Below, one piece after another: positions 1-13,749 of a stretch of DNA of 64,000 nt. The stretch is from Amphiscolops sp. MND2022 (lineage: Eukaryota): the NCBI GenBank assembly GCA_964187785.1, contig OZ076409.1, forward strand, positions 45,262,001-45,326,000, written 5' to 3'. The notes beneath the pieces are model-generated. The model did no database searches. It saw only the letters and a program-made list of their open reading frames with translations, and had not been told where the DNA came from. Made by a program: the position numbers and the translations under genes. Numbering within the stretch: position 1 is the first letter of the stretch; each line of letters opens with the position of its first letter.

Positions 1-134
1 TCAGCCAATTGAATTCAAAAATAGCAATCTTGAGCTAATTTCTAGAAATACTTTTGTCAAGTACCTTGGACTACTGACTCAAAAGGTTGAAGAGTCCAAT
101 ACAGAAGCCCCGTCGCCGCTTTTTGGCCTGATTA

Positions 135-297
135 TGATGTGTTTACTGATTAATGCCTTTAATATATATTGCTGTAATTGACACATGTTTACATATATTT
201 GAGATGACGATGTCCCTTTGATATGTGCTGTGATATTTGCCGTCTAGTGAAAACTAGCTTTTATAGAAAAGCGTTTTGATCTGCGAGAAACACGACA
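135..297 (+). repeat. 5' LTR of Gypsy element 1
   Basis: TG...CA termini; homologous to 4997-5154. Confidence 0.9.
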
Positions 298-1096
298 ATT
301 GTTGTCCAGACCAGTATACATTTCAAGGTTAGCAAGCTTAAAAATTATTGCTGCCAGTTCCTTGTTCGTTTCAATTGAAGAACTTCAAATCAGTTTGCGT
401 AAACAACTACGAGAACTCGTCCACGCCGGTCCCGGTTTCAGCCTGAATCCAGAGTCCGTGAACAAGTCAAAAGACGTTTACAACTATCAAAAGTCCGAAG
501 AACTGGAAAATACGAGAATAATCCTGTGGCACGATCTGATTAACAAGACTATCACACCCCACAAAAGAAATAACTATCAACTGCAAAGTGTATATCAACT
601 TGTGGCTTCATTGAAAAGTCTCACAAACTAATGCGGCATATTTTATTGTCAACATAGAGGGTCCCCGAAAGTCTTTGAAGACCTGAGAACATTGGACTGC
701 CAATCATCCAAGTCACGACAGATGTTTTGAGCAAGTCATAGCAGCGCAGTGAAGTACTCGTCGAGAAATACAAAGCCTTACATCAATCGAGCGATCTCCA
801 ACTCAGATCCCTAGGTGTAGTCCTAAAATATTGTCCGAACCTGAAGCAGATCTTGAAAATAAGAGGCACCAAGCGAAGAACTCACGAGCAACTAAGAGAG
901 GCTAAGAGAAAAAGAGAAGACAACTAAAGGTGAGCTTTTAGAGTCTTGTACTCAGAGCCGCTGTTGTTACATCTTTATAGCTTCTCGAATTAAAGAGGAG
1001 CTTTTAGAGTCTTGGACTCAAAGCCCCGTTAGTAATTCTTAGCCATTGAAACTCAAATTGTTCGAATCGTGTTTTTCCAGGTCATCACCAAAATCA

Positions 1097-4000
1097 ATGG
1101 GTAAACCCGAATTGAACCTGAAGGAACCCGAACAATTAGTGATGTGGCTCAGGGCGTTCAAGGCGCGAGCGCGGGTCGAAAAGAAAAGGGACGTCGACGC
1201 AATCCCTGGAACTAGTGGACCGCCAGCTGTCGCTGTCATAGCAAAAGATTATCAGGTGACTAATTTCTTCATGAGCCAATGCAGCCTCGAAGCGTTGATA
1301 AAGCTCAGTAGCCTCGTCGCGCCCAGAAACATTGAAGACATGAAATTCATAGACATTCGTAAGGATCTCATAAATTACTTGAAGCCACAAGAGAGACTGG
1401 TGGTTGCAGAACGCACTGGCGTCCTTCAGATGTCTCAAGGAGAAGAAGAAGAAGAAGAAGAAGCAGAAACCGACTACCTTGCTAAGCTCCGAGAGGCTGC
1501 GCGTTATTGTAAGTTTGTCGATCTCAAAGCTTCTCTGGATCCTGAAGCTGAAGTGATCCGATTACAATTCATCGCCGGACTATAAGACAACGAATCAAAA
1601 CTCAAGTTGCTTGAAGCACTCAGAGCAAACGACAACTTGACTGTGGAAGAACTGCTTCAGCTTATTCAATATAGAACCCAGACCAAGAGATTTGCTGAGA
1701 ACTCAGTTCATCAGTCAACTTCAAGTGTAGTTGCGTATGCAGAAAAACGTGGCCCCAATAGTAAAAAAGGTCTGAGTTGCCATCAGAAGCCCGAGCAGTG
1801 TGGACGTTGTGGACGAAAGCTATTCCACCTACTCTATTAGTGCCCTGCTAAGGATGAAAAGTGCCACAATTGTTCGAAGCAAGGACACTAATCTAGAATG
1901 TGCAAAGCTAAAAGATAAGAAACCTCGCGAGCTGAAGCGAAAACGTATCGAAAATCAAATGCATCAGTGCACCATACATGTGATGAACCAAAACTTGAAG
2001 ATCCCGCCTCATCTGAGGAAACTATATTTTATGTAGAACAAATTGCAACTGTAGAAGAAGTCCATCACATTGGAAGCAAAGCTGGACTTCATGACCTCAA
2101 GATAAATGGTCATGACGTTCAAATGCAGAACGACACTGGTTCTTCAGTGACCAGTATCTCAACAAAAGTTTGACGGGAAATTAGCTCTCCAATCTTGAGC
2201 ACTAGCCAACGATGGGTTGAAGCATATGATGGACACAGAAGGCTTTATCTTGGTCATCTAAAGTGTGAGATCCAAAGGGAAAAGAAAATTCATAGCGTTG
2301 ATGTTGCAGTTATCGAGTCCGAGAAAGAATTCGGATTGATCGGCAGAGACGTGACCCGAGTTGATCTTATTCACAACTCGTCTGTGTCTGATGTAAAAGT
2401 CGTGCCTGCAATTAAAGGAGTTAAAGCCACTATCAAACTGAAGCCTGACGCAAAACTTGTTTTCTGTCGCGCCCGGAAAGTTCCACTTGCCATGGAAGAC
2501 CAGGTGAAGATTGAACAGGCGAAACTTCACGCACAAGGAATCATCGCCCCAGTCGATCCAGGAGGTGTCATGAATGCTTCGCCAGTCGTGTGGCAAAGGA
2601 AGAAAGACGGATCGTTTCGGCTCTGTGCAAACTTCAAAGTTCATGTAAACGATAAGATCATGACTGAAGACTATCCTCTTCCAGACAGACACGGAAACAT
2701 TATTTCACGAGCTGGAAGGATCAAAGTTTTACATCAAGATTGACTTATCATCTGCTTAAAACCAAATAATGCTGGATGATGCAGCGCCGGAAAATTGTAT
2801 CATCAACACAACGCTGGGTCTCTTCAAGTTACTAAGACTACCTCAAGGAAAAAAAGGCATCCGGAATGATCCAGCGAACAATCGAGAATACTCTCAAAGG
2901 ATTGGCTGGAACTATCTGTTTCGAGGACGACGTACTGGTACACGGAAGAACAAAAAGTCAATGTGAGAAGCGTTGGAGGGCAGTTCAGGGTCGCCCGAAA
3001 GACAAGGGGTTCACCATAAACGAAATCCTGTCTGGAAATGTCATGAAGAAAATCACTCTTCTCGGTTTCAAAATTTCAGGAAGCGGGATTGAGCCCGATG
3101 ATCGCCTTGTCAATAAAGTCAGGAAAATTCATTCTCCTCAAAGTGTTAAGGAAGTCGAACAATTTTGTGGATTGGTCAACTTCTACGGCCGGTTCATCTC
3201 AAACGTCACGTCGAAATGTTCCAGTGGACCGACAAATGTCAACGTGCGTTCGAAAGGCTGAAGTCTGAGCTAGCATCGAAACCTGATGTTCAGCCCTATT
3301 CTCTGAAAAAGGAAGTAACGATCACAACTGATGCGTCCGAGAAAGCTATTGGCGGAGTCTTATCTCAAGAGGGGCACCCTGTAATTCATGTATCGAAGAC
3401 ATTGTCTCAAGCTGAGAAAAGATTCTCTAACATTGACTGTTAAGCCCTAGCGATTGTTTTTGTGGTAAAACGGTTGAACCCGTTTTACTTGGCCGGAAAT
3501 TCAACCTCGAAATTGATCATCGTCCCCTGGAATTCATATTTGCTCCAAACAAGGAACTCCCAAAAACCGTATCAGCAAGAATCACAAGATGGGCAATTTC
3601 GCTTATGGCTTTTGATTATGAGATTAAATACAAAGAATGTTCCTCAATTCCCCATGCTGACGCCATGAGTAGACTGAAATTCGATAAGGATGACGACGAG
3701 TGCAATCTAGTCGACTACTTAAGTTCCATCCTTGATGAATTCTGTGATCATTTCGCCGAGCATAAACTCATTCCATTCGAAGAGTTGAGCAGTGAATGTG
3801 AACGCGATGAATTGGTGATTGGAAAGCATGTACTCAAGTAGAGAGTATTTTCAAGAAAATATCTGGTTTCCTCGCTGTCAAGAACGGGCTGCTATACAAC
3901 GGAACTAGACCGTACATTCCACCAAGAATGCGGAACATCGTAATTGAACGACCCCATGACACGCATCCTGGTGTCCAGGCGACTATGAACATGGTGAACC

Positions 4001-4611
4001 TAACGTCTCAGTGGCCAGGGGTCGGAAAAGATGTTGAAAAATTCGTAAATGCCTGCTCTGAATTTGCAAAAATTCGACCACGAACTGAGAAGTCGATCGA
4101 TACTTGGCCAGATGCACAACCATCGGAGAGACTACACATGGATTGGGCTTCTATCCAAGAAGTAGGCAACATCCTTATTTTTGTCGACGCTGGTTCTGGT
4201 TGGATAGAAGCGTTTATATGCAGCGATTGGCCCACGGAAAAAGTCATACATTGTCTGTCCGCCATTTTTGGGAGATTTGGGGTCCCGCACCCTTCAGTTT
4301 CCGACAATGCAAAGGAATTTATCAACGACAAAGTTATCACGTGGTTAGAGGCGCAAGGCTGCACCAAACTAGAGAGTCCAATCTACAATCCAAGGGGTAA
4401 TGGACTTGCCGAACGGGCTGTGCACATTGTAAAGAAAGCAATGAGGGCATGGAACTCGTCTCTTCGTGTCAGTTTCCATGCATTTCTGCAGCGAGTCCTG
4501 TTCACACACCGTAACACTTCTTCCGTGAGAGGGAAGACTCCCTCAGAAGTTCGGCTTGGAAGGAAAATGCGACTCCCTGCTGTCATCAATTATCCATCGG
4601 AGAGCGTGTAG
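1097..4611 (+). pseudogene. Fragmented Gypsy gag-pol (gag with CCHC knuckle remnant, aspartic protease, RT, RNase H, integrase)
   Basis: ORF pieces show CGRCG (zinc knuckle), MQNDTGSS (protease), ASPVVWQRKKDGSFRLC and CFEDDVLV (RT), TTDASEKAIGGVL (RNase H), HDTHPG, LHMDW, VSDNAKEF and NGLAERAV (integrase). Many stops and frameshifts. Confidence 0.93.
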
Positions 4612-4996
4612 TTTTTCGTGCTAGACCTCACGCTGCGTCTTTTCCTGCAAGGTATGTTGTTCGGAAGGGCAATATCACAGCATGGCTCACTAAGCAAGAT
4701 TCAGACGGGTTCGAGAGAACAACTCTAGCGAGTACTAGCCAAATTGCTCCCTTTGCCTGTCCAACTACCGTTGCCCCTGATCTAGTGACGGCTAGATCAG
4801 CTACAAATGGTACTACGACCACGGGAGTGGCGGAACAAACTTCGACATGCGTTGCTAGTAAAGAGACTCGTCTTTGATTTTAAAGTCCTCTACTGCTCCC
4901 GAGGTCCCGATTAGGAGGTCTGCACGAGTCAGGAAACTGAACACAAGATTAAACGACTTCATCTGCAAGTAGCCATGAGAACTCCTTGAAGGGAGA

Positions 4997-5154
4997 TGAT
5001 GTGTATACTGATTTATGCCTTTATTGTATATTGCTGTAATTGACATATGTTTCATTTTAGCTGTCGATGTCCCTTTGATATTTGCTTTGATATTTCCCGT
5101 TCTGTGAATACTAGCTCGAATGGAAAAGCGTTTTGATCTGCGAGAAACACGACA
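4997..5154 (+). repeat. 3' LTR of Gypsy element 1
   Basis: Follows the PPT; homologous to 135-297; followed by TSD GATTA. Confidence 0.9.
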
Positions 5155-5626
5155 GATTATGGATAGCTAGTTTGTTGATATCCGTTTTTCGCTGAGAACA
5201 AAAATAAAAATGATAATTTATTTTTAAGCAACAATAATATTCAAATAAAATATTGAACAACCCTGGTCACAGCCAGTTCATGAGCACGAACTGTTTCCGT
5301 TAGTGTTTGAAAACTTATATGGAATGAAAAGAGCTGGTGATCCAGACTTTTCCTAGCACATTTCAGCATGCTGTCTCAAAATTCTCACTAATCTGGGAGA
5401 AAAACTGGATCACAGGTCAGTTTTGAAAAAATACTTAGTCACTAGTAGAAATGCAGAAGAAAAAACAATGCTTTACTGAAATGGTGACCGATAGCTGACG
5501 TGCTTGGTCGCTTAAGTAACAGAAAAAAGAAAATTCAATGTGGATTCGGATGAGAAAGGATTCAATTTTGCTTCAATGTTCTCAGGAAACTGCTGGCAAT
5601 CGCACGTTCATAGATTCCCTTTTACT

Positions 5627-6019
5627 TGGAGATGGCAAGGTACCGGTACGGGCCAAAGTCGGCATTGCTACGTACCAGTACTGTACCGGTACTTATGTTT
5701 AGATTGCACAAAAGTCATTGTTTCACAAGAATTATTATTGTATTATTCAAGGTAAGAATCAGAAACGACTCAGGTAATCATTATCGTCTTTTGGATCAAG
5801 CATTGCGTAGTTGGTATAAATAGATACAAGCTTTCGAACTCTTCCATTCAGAAGTCTCTATGAAGTATTACTAGGCCTATGTCCAGTTGAGACGTCAGTC
5901 AACGTATAAATTGATGTTTACATAAATGACGACGCAATTAATACATGTGGTAACTACACTGGTACAGGTACATTTTTCGGTACCAGTACTGTACCGGTAC
6001 TGGAGCCTTGCCAACCCTA
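5627..6019. mobile_element. Old hAT-type MITE
   Basis: Imperfect TIR: TGGAGATGGCAAGG vs reverse complement TAGGGTTGGCAAGG (11/14). Degenerate 8-bp flanks CTTTTACT/CTTCAACT. Subterminal GTACCGGTAC repeats at both ends. Confidence 0.55.
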
Positions 6020-6289
6020 CTTCAACTAGACTAACTGATAGACAATAAAGCAGTGGTTCAATTATTGATGAAGGAAAATGGAACACTGATGATGTTGTAG
6101 TCTCACTTGTCAAATCAGAAAATTTGCTCCGATGAGCAACATAGCACTCTCGAATATTGTTCCATTTGCCATTAATGGAGTCCATTCACATGCCAAAACT
6201 CTTCTTTTATCCGAATGATTGTTAGAAATGTCTACAAATGTACACATTTTTCCACTAGATATCATGGATCGTCGTCGTCACTCAATTGC

Positions 6290-7735
6290 AAGGTATATCC
6301 ACTGAATTGCTGACCTCCATTTTGTCATTAGGCCTGTGACGCTCTACCCAATGTCTCCGAAATCTTTGAAAAGCTCATAGCGACAACTTTGACGAAACAA
6401 GTAGCAAAGGTTATTAGTAGAGACCTATACAATTTTCTACCTAGAAGATCTGTTGTGATCCAACTATTGCTCAGTCTGACGAAAACATACCAAAATATTA
6501 TGCAGTTGACGTAACAAACAGACTGGTTCTCTTTGACTTTTCGAACGCTTTCGATTCTGTTGGAAAAGCTGCTGAGAATAAGCCCTAATAAAAGATCGTA
6601 CTACCTCATTGAAGGCTATCTCAGTGAGAGAACACAAAGTGTGAGGGTGAAGGGCGTTGTTTCGGAAAAGCTCAAAATTTCATCCGGTGTCCCTCAGGGA
6701 GCGGTTGTAGGACCCATTCTGTTTCTATTGTATATCAACAACTTTACGCTTGTAGTATTCTCATCAATGACACTACTATTCGCTGATGATCTGAAATTGA
6801 TCAGTAAAACTGCAACGAATGATCTGACTTGCTTACAGAAGGATATGAGCAATCTTCATTCCTGGAATATGTAAAATTGCCTCTTGTCCAACTACAAGAA
6901 TTGTTCCGTAATTGCATTCTCTTTGGGAAGAAATCATGAACAGCAGGAGTTGATGTAAGGACACAATGGAATTAAACATCGGAGTATAGCAAGAGACCTT
7001 GCACTTGAAGTTGAGGAACATCTCAGGTGATGGACTGAACATGTCAAAACGCGAATCGAAAAGCAATGCGGTTGGTATCTGATTAAATAGAACACTAGTC
7101 CGATAATTACTTCACATGCCAAAATCCACTTTTACCGCGCTATAGTTTGCGCAATTTTTATGGTTGCATCAGAATGCTGGGACCTGAAGTGGAGTGATTA
7201 TCAGATCATTGAATCTTTCAACAAAAGGAATCTTCACTGAATTACCGGCATGCATGATTACAGAGAGGCTTTGATAGCTTCAAACTTGTTACTTCCCCAA
7301 ACTTGTTACAAACTTGAAAATAATAAAGGACCTACTGTTATTCTCGAAGATCGTGTCTAAGAATTATGATGTTGATTTCTCGATGTTTAATGAAGTGAAC
7401 TGGGGTGTCTAAAGAATAAGAGTCAAGCTACCCGAAATTCGCTACGAAGCTGAAGGATACAACTTTCGATACAGAACAGGATTCAGAGTGAATATCTTGC
7501 TACAAAGAAACCTTCCTTTTTGTCAAAAATACTGAACTCAAGTCGAACTCAGTAACTCTCATGTTGGACTTTTTTTCGAAAATTTTGGAACTCAAGTCAT
7601 CCGTTTAGTTTGATCTATTTATGTTTATGTTCAAGTTGTCGTGCCAATCCAATGTGATAACGTAGGAAGTAACTCTCCCAGTCGTACATATATCACGAAA
7701 TCCTAATAAAATCAATAATAATAATAATAATATTA
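6290..7735 (+). mobile_element. 5'-truncated decayed CR1/L2-type LINE (RT fragment)
   Basis: SGVPQGAVVGPILFLLYINN and LFADDLKL motifs in ORF 6533-6874; (AAT)n tail near 7715-7735. Boundaries approximate. Confidence 0.85.
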
Positions 7736-10700
7736 AGTAATCGCAATGCCAAACTACACTCAATTTTACACTGCGCAGGACAAATAACACCACTGAGTAA
7801 ATAGCATTGCCAAGTTACATCTTTTGTATTGAGATATTAAGGGGGTTGTTTGGTATGTGTATATTGCTTACAATGGGGCTAATCGTCCTTAAGAATAACC
7901 CGTAAAACAGTTTTCCGCAAGCCACCTGAACCCTTGCGAAGCGAAAAGTTTCTACTAGTGCTAATGAAAGTGATATGATGCCATACAACTGCAGTTTATC
8001 ACCCGATAACTAATCTATATACAGGCACTGACTTTTCAGTACTAGCACTGTTCTAATCATCACATAGATTTGTTAAATTTTAAACGAAGTAACAAAGTTG
8101 TTTACCCTAATTTTGAATTTCACCTGTAGTTCCGAGGAAGTGAGTAAGTCTATTCTTCGTGTTTGGTGATATAACTGATTCAAATATAAAACTACAAAGT
8201 CGAGCCTTGAAGGAAGTATGGAGCGAAACAGCTTTTGAAAAATGTTGAAAGCTTCATGGACCTGGTAATAAACGGAAGATTACCTTGTTTTCTGAAGTTC
8301 TTTTTTTGTCGAGACAAGATATATGTGACAGTTCTTATTTCGAAATACCCAATCAATTTCATGTTTTTAAACTGTAACTAAATCATTTGATTGACCTTGG
8401 GGTAAAAACGTGGCGCTTACTGTGGGAGGGGGGGTCGTAATTTTAAATAGAAGAGCTAAAAATGAGTTGGTTTTGTTGGTTCAGACGAAGAAAACATTAA
8501 GATTTCAATTTGAATTCTCACAGTTAAGACGGTAATGTAACTCCCCTTTGTAATTTCCCATGTCGCAATTAAATTTTAAAAGAAGAAAACATTTTTCTGA
8601 CCGTTCTTTCTAGCACCATTGAAGTGACCAAAGTCGCATTAAATGTGCCAATCAAATTCGAGATCAATTGTGGCTCTGAAAGGATTAGCAGCGCTTGCAC
8701 CGTTGCAGCATCGTTTGCACTTTATTGACAACATGTCAACCGCTTGCTAATTTTTGGAGGCGAAGTCGATTACAGTAACGTGAGTGGCATCGCATTAGGT
8801 GCCATTTTGAATTTATAGGCAGATTTATGTATATATTTGCTTCTGAAGACTGACTTGGCATTGCTCATTAGACGCAATAACTTTGGAGGTTAGTACACTT
8901 CCATCAAAAATTGTCTCGACTGAACCATATTCCCATGAATTTTTAAAACTCTCGAACAATTTTTATTGAGAGTTGTCATATATGTATAAAAAATTCTGTT
9001 ATAGTTGTGATTGAATGGGAAAATTTCTGTCCCTCTTTACAATAAAAATGAACGTGTTTTCGTCAGAGTTTTTCGGAGCACAAATAAAAATTGGAAGTTA
9101 TAATGATCAAGATAACTCTGAAAAAAATGTGTTTTGAAGCAATTGAGTAAGCATTGTTTCCAACATATCCCGTCAGTTGTTTTGTGTCGTTTCTGGTATT
9201 CCCCACGAAATTTCTTTCCAAGTGAAACGAAAAACTTTTCTTGGTATTGCAACAATCAAAATTTAGCTAAATTGAGGGAGGGATGTGGAAATAAAAAATT
9301 TCACTCGACGGCTTAACTGGGAGTGGAGTTAAATCGTTGGGGGAAATCAACAGATCCGTAATTTACTTTGATTCACTTTAACCCTTTTTGAAAAAACCAA
9401 GTTGCACTAAAAACAAACTAGAGCAAAATGCAGTCTCATCATCATTGGCGAATGAGACAGCCAATCAAGTTTGAGCAAACTTTGACACAATAGTACCCAC
9501 CGAATTGTAACAAATTCCCCCTCCCCTTTTCCCTTCCCCTTCAACTGACACCCCAACCCCCGACCCCCCCCCCAACACTGATGATAGTTTTATTTCGATT
9601 GACAATATACAATTCCTCTACATATAAGGGAAACTTTTTGATATTGTTGCGTTCCCCTTCTAGTAAACGAATGGTTGAGTAGAAGCTGGTATTTAGGAAT
9701 TCATGTATTTTTGACGTTTGTCACGCGTAATTAGGAATTGATATAATTTTGAAATTTCATATTAAAACTTAATCTTATTAAATCTTAAATCGTAATCTTA
9801 TTAAATTAATGTTATTCGTATTACCAAACCTACACATTAATCAAATCAAAATGTCTGTTTCTGCTTTCGCGTGACTAACGTCAAAAAGTCTTTCTGGATT
9901 CAGCAGCATTGTCACAGTTTTCTGGAGCATAATTTTGAAGCATCATTATTTCTTAAGATTTGTCTTGTGTTTTTAACGAAGATGGGTTACTGTAGATGTA
10001 GATTCGAAGAAGTGAATTTGAAGATTAAAATAGTGTGTTTCAGTCAAAACCAAAATCATCTATTTTTACACTCGAATGGAACTTACTTCAGGAAATTGAG
10101 TTCAAAATGTGCTTTCGTGTTGGGGGTTAAAGGTGTAAAATCATTGGCAAATGCGGCAGCCAATCAAGATTGACCATCTCATTTTTATTACGTACCAGCA
10201 ATTTTTGAACGTTTTAAATAACAGAACATGTACTGCAATCAATGGCAACTCAAATGGTGCCTACTTCTATATGTATCCATCGATCGGTACCCCCAAAATC
10301 GAACTTTATTGAAAATTGACCGTAATACAGTATTTAAAACTTTTAATAAACTAGTCTTAAGATTAATTAGAAGTAATCAAGGATTATGGATTTATCAAAA
10401 TAAACAAATAGATTTAAATACTTCGTTAGATGGATTCATCTGCTGTTATTGCAGACAGTTTTATTAAATTGAGGAAACATCTTTGAATTTTACTAGATTT
10501 TAATTCTAAGTATCTTGGATAAAAATTCAAAATAACATATCATTCTGATTTTTTTTTGGGGGGGTTGTTAATTCGTATTTCCCCCACGTGTTATAACCTG
10601 TTACGAACATCCCCCTCCAGACACGGAAAAACATTTTATTCTTGAAAAGTATTCCACTCAAATGAACATCAATGTAATTGTGCTTTTTTTACTCTAATTC

Positions 10701-12299
10701 TCCCTAATTTTATAAACCAATTTGAAAAGCTTTGATCTGAAATGATGTGAAAGTATCAGTAGTTAAATACAAAATTAATGTCCTGATACGGAGGTTTTCT
10801 AGTCGAAATTACAAGGATTTTTTGAAAATCGGTTCTTTTTCTTTATTTCTTTTATTTTCTTTTACCACCCCTAGTTAACTTGATGAGTCGTTTATTCCCA
10901 CACACCAATTTATATCACCCACGATTTTAATCCCCCCCAGTTGGGCGGTCGCATCAAATTCGGTATTTTGTAAGTCTAGCTGCAACTGATATACTGAATT
11001 AGATGCTATTTAATTTAAACTATCACGCTTACTGTGGGGGATTAACAGAAAAGATCCAATTTGAGTAAAACTCAAGGAGTAGTTTTTTGAAATTCAAAGT
11101 TTTCATGCGTTCAGTTTTTCATGGTTTACCTAGTGGCAAACGACCATTAGCATGATGATAATCTGAAATGTTTCATGTTCCAATTTTATGTTTACAAAAG
11201 TAGCATTAAAAGTCGTATCAAAACAAGACTTTCTCTCAACAATGAAAGAAATATTTTTTATGGGGTCCAATTTTTAGATTTTATTCAATAAACACCCTCG
11301 ATATAAAATACAAGAGAACATAACATTCTGATCTGGGGGTGGTAATTTTCATTTCCCCCATGAGTTACATCTTGTTACTAATCATCCGACCTCAAACACA
11401 GAAGAACAAATAGAAGTTTTTATTGATCGGATTGCATACCTGATCAGTAAGTGCCTAAATCTATACACTTGGGTTCAAAGTGAAAACTCACATATCATTT
11501 TGCATACACCAATGACTGCAATGGTATACGTGCAAGAAGGAGTAATTTGTCATCTACTTTGTCGTAGGCAGAAAACATCAAGCTGTTCAAATACTGTAGT
11601 TTTTTTTTCAGATACCAATAGTGTGTGCGGTAGTTGGTTTGACTGGCTTAATTAACGACGACGCGCCATATTACTGCAATAATATTCAAGGTGTAGTTTG
11701 TCCTTAAGATTATCTGAAAGGGGGTTATTGGTATTGGAGACTCTGCACTTTGCAGCGAATGACAACCGCTTTAACTTTTTCCCACTCGCCCTGCTTCAAA
11801 CAATGTCCTCTTTTCATTTTTGTCCCAACATTATAAATGGGTTTCAGTACGCACGGTTTCTTTTTCAAAGTCCATTCAAACTCAAGCAAGGCCAAAAACA
11901 ACTTTTTCCAGACCAAAACGGCTTTGAATTTCTAACGAAATTTTCGAGAAACGAAAAATCCTACGAAATGAATAGCACATTTGTGGCGTGGCTCGGTCGC
12001 TTCGCTCCCTTAGACAAATAGCAACATCGGGGCAAAGCCAAATGGCACGTCGCTTCGTTTCGCTCCTGCAATTAGGGCACAATGAGTATGTGAACGTTGC
12101 TGACTACGTAATAACAATAAATTCGATGAAAATTGATACGCGTTCCTAGCTATAGGCCAAACTTAGGGCCAAATGATTTTGAGCCAAGTGACCATTACCA
12201 GACACAGTTTCCTTTCAAAATTAAGCCAAGTTCTCAAATCTATTAGGTCAAATGTCAAATGTCTTAAAGCCTTGAGACCAATTACCGACACGAATGAGC

Positions 12300-13748
12300 T
12301 TAATTCTGAAAAACCTAAAGGGAGTCTCTAATAGAGTCTCTCTATGCAATATGCGAGCGGTTATCATTGAGTCACTCTCCAGTGGAGTTCTTCCGAAAAG
12401 TATGAAAGCTGCCAAGTTGTTTCAATCTATATGTTCTTGACTATGTCTCCTCGACTAGGTCGATCGTCTCCACTATGTAATTAGCTTCTCGACTATATCG
12501 ATATCCTGTATAAAGACAAAGATAACAGAAACTTTTCCTATTCTTTTAGTTTGACATACGGGAAACTTTCCATAGTGTTCCACATGATACATCAATGTCC
12601 AAGCTTCAAACTGTCTACGATCTTGACAATTGCTTCCTACAACTTTTCGATTCTCATTTGACTACCAGAACTGAATGAGTTTGAATACAATTTTCTATCC
12701 AAACCTCTTGCTGTCACCGATGGAGTATCGCCGTGAAGTGTACGTGGTCCACACTTTTTGGTATTGTATGTAAATGATGTTGGGGAAATCGCAATTGTTG
12801 CCATTCTTATTTTTACGCTGATGATCATACATTAGTTTCTAATGCTGCAATGGACAATATCTAACAAAGTTTTGATAAACTTAAGGATTGGTCTAGTTTA
12901 AATGGTCTTGAATTCCATCCAAGCAAATCAAAAGTGTTTTCTTCCAACCGATCTTTTGATTACACTTTACTTCTCCGCGATGCAATTCTTGAAGATGCCA
13001 ATAACATCAGTGATCTCAAGGTCATCTTGACTATAACATTGACTTGGGAATCTATGTCAATAGACAAATTGCTAAATGTCTCAAGCTTTTTCATTTGATG
13101 AAATGTAATATCACTTTCACTAATCCTAGCTCAACCTAATTGTTTCTTCACAAGTCTCTAAAACATGGAATTAATTCATACGGCACCCAAGTCATCCCTT
13201 CCATTGTTTTTTTTTGTAGTTCCATAGAACAATTACAGCGCAAATGTGTCATTTGGACCTACAATGCAACTGAAACTGAACACACGAAAATCACATCTCT
13301 TTGGGATTAATACTAATATCCCACATATTTACATACTTTGACCAAGTTCCACTGTGGAAGTTTGTGAACCACAAAATTGAATGTTTTAAGGCGTACTTCA
13401 ACTCTACCCCTTACAATAGACGCTCTTGGTGTGTCTCTCTTTTCATTATTGAAGAACCCAACAATTCGTAGTCACGTGAAATCCTCATCTAAAGAGTTCC
13501 TAGAATTGCCAATAAGTTACTCTGCAACTTGACGCTGTAGACTTCACGTGGAATTTGGAGAAACTCGAGAGGAGTTTTCGGACATTCTCACTAGTCAGAG
13601 CCACTTCCCTCAACATCACTAACACTTGCAGCTACTCTTTCAAGTGTTTCTGCAATTCAAACCGAGATCTTTCAAAATATTTCTGATGCCATACTAATGC
13701 CCCTTAGAATGGAATTGATAACTTTTACTGCTATTACTACTACTACTA
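12300..13748 (+). mobile_element. Heavily decayed CR1/L2-type LINE fragment
   Basis: Degenerate GVPQGS(V)xGP...YVND and FYADD motifs at ~12720-12830; (TAC)n tail at ~13725-13748. Boundaries approximate. Confidence 0.7.
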
Positions 13749-13749
13749 G

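Larger units (their letters stand above)
135..5154 (+). mobile_element. Full-length but decayed Ty3/Gypsy LTR retrotransposon
   Basis: Diverged direct LTRs at 135-297 and 4997-5154 (TGATGTG...CACGACA). 5-bp TSD GATTA at 130-134 and 5155-5159. Polypurine tract GAAGGGAGA before the 3' LTR. Internal gag-pol in the order PR-RT-RH-IN. Confidence 0.95.

Noticed and set aside
1441..1462. (GAA)n poly-Glu tract as a functional feature
   Set aside because: Microsatellite expansion within a dead gag gene.
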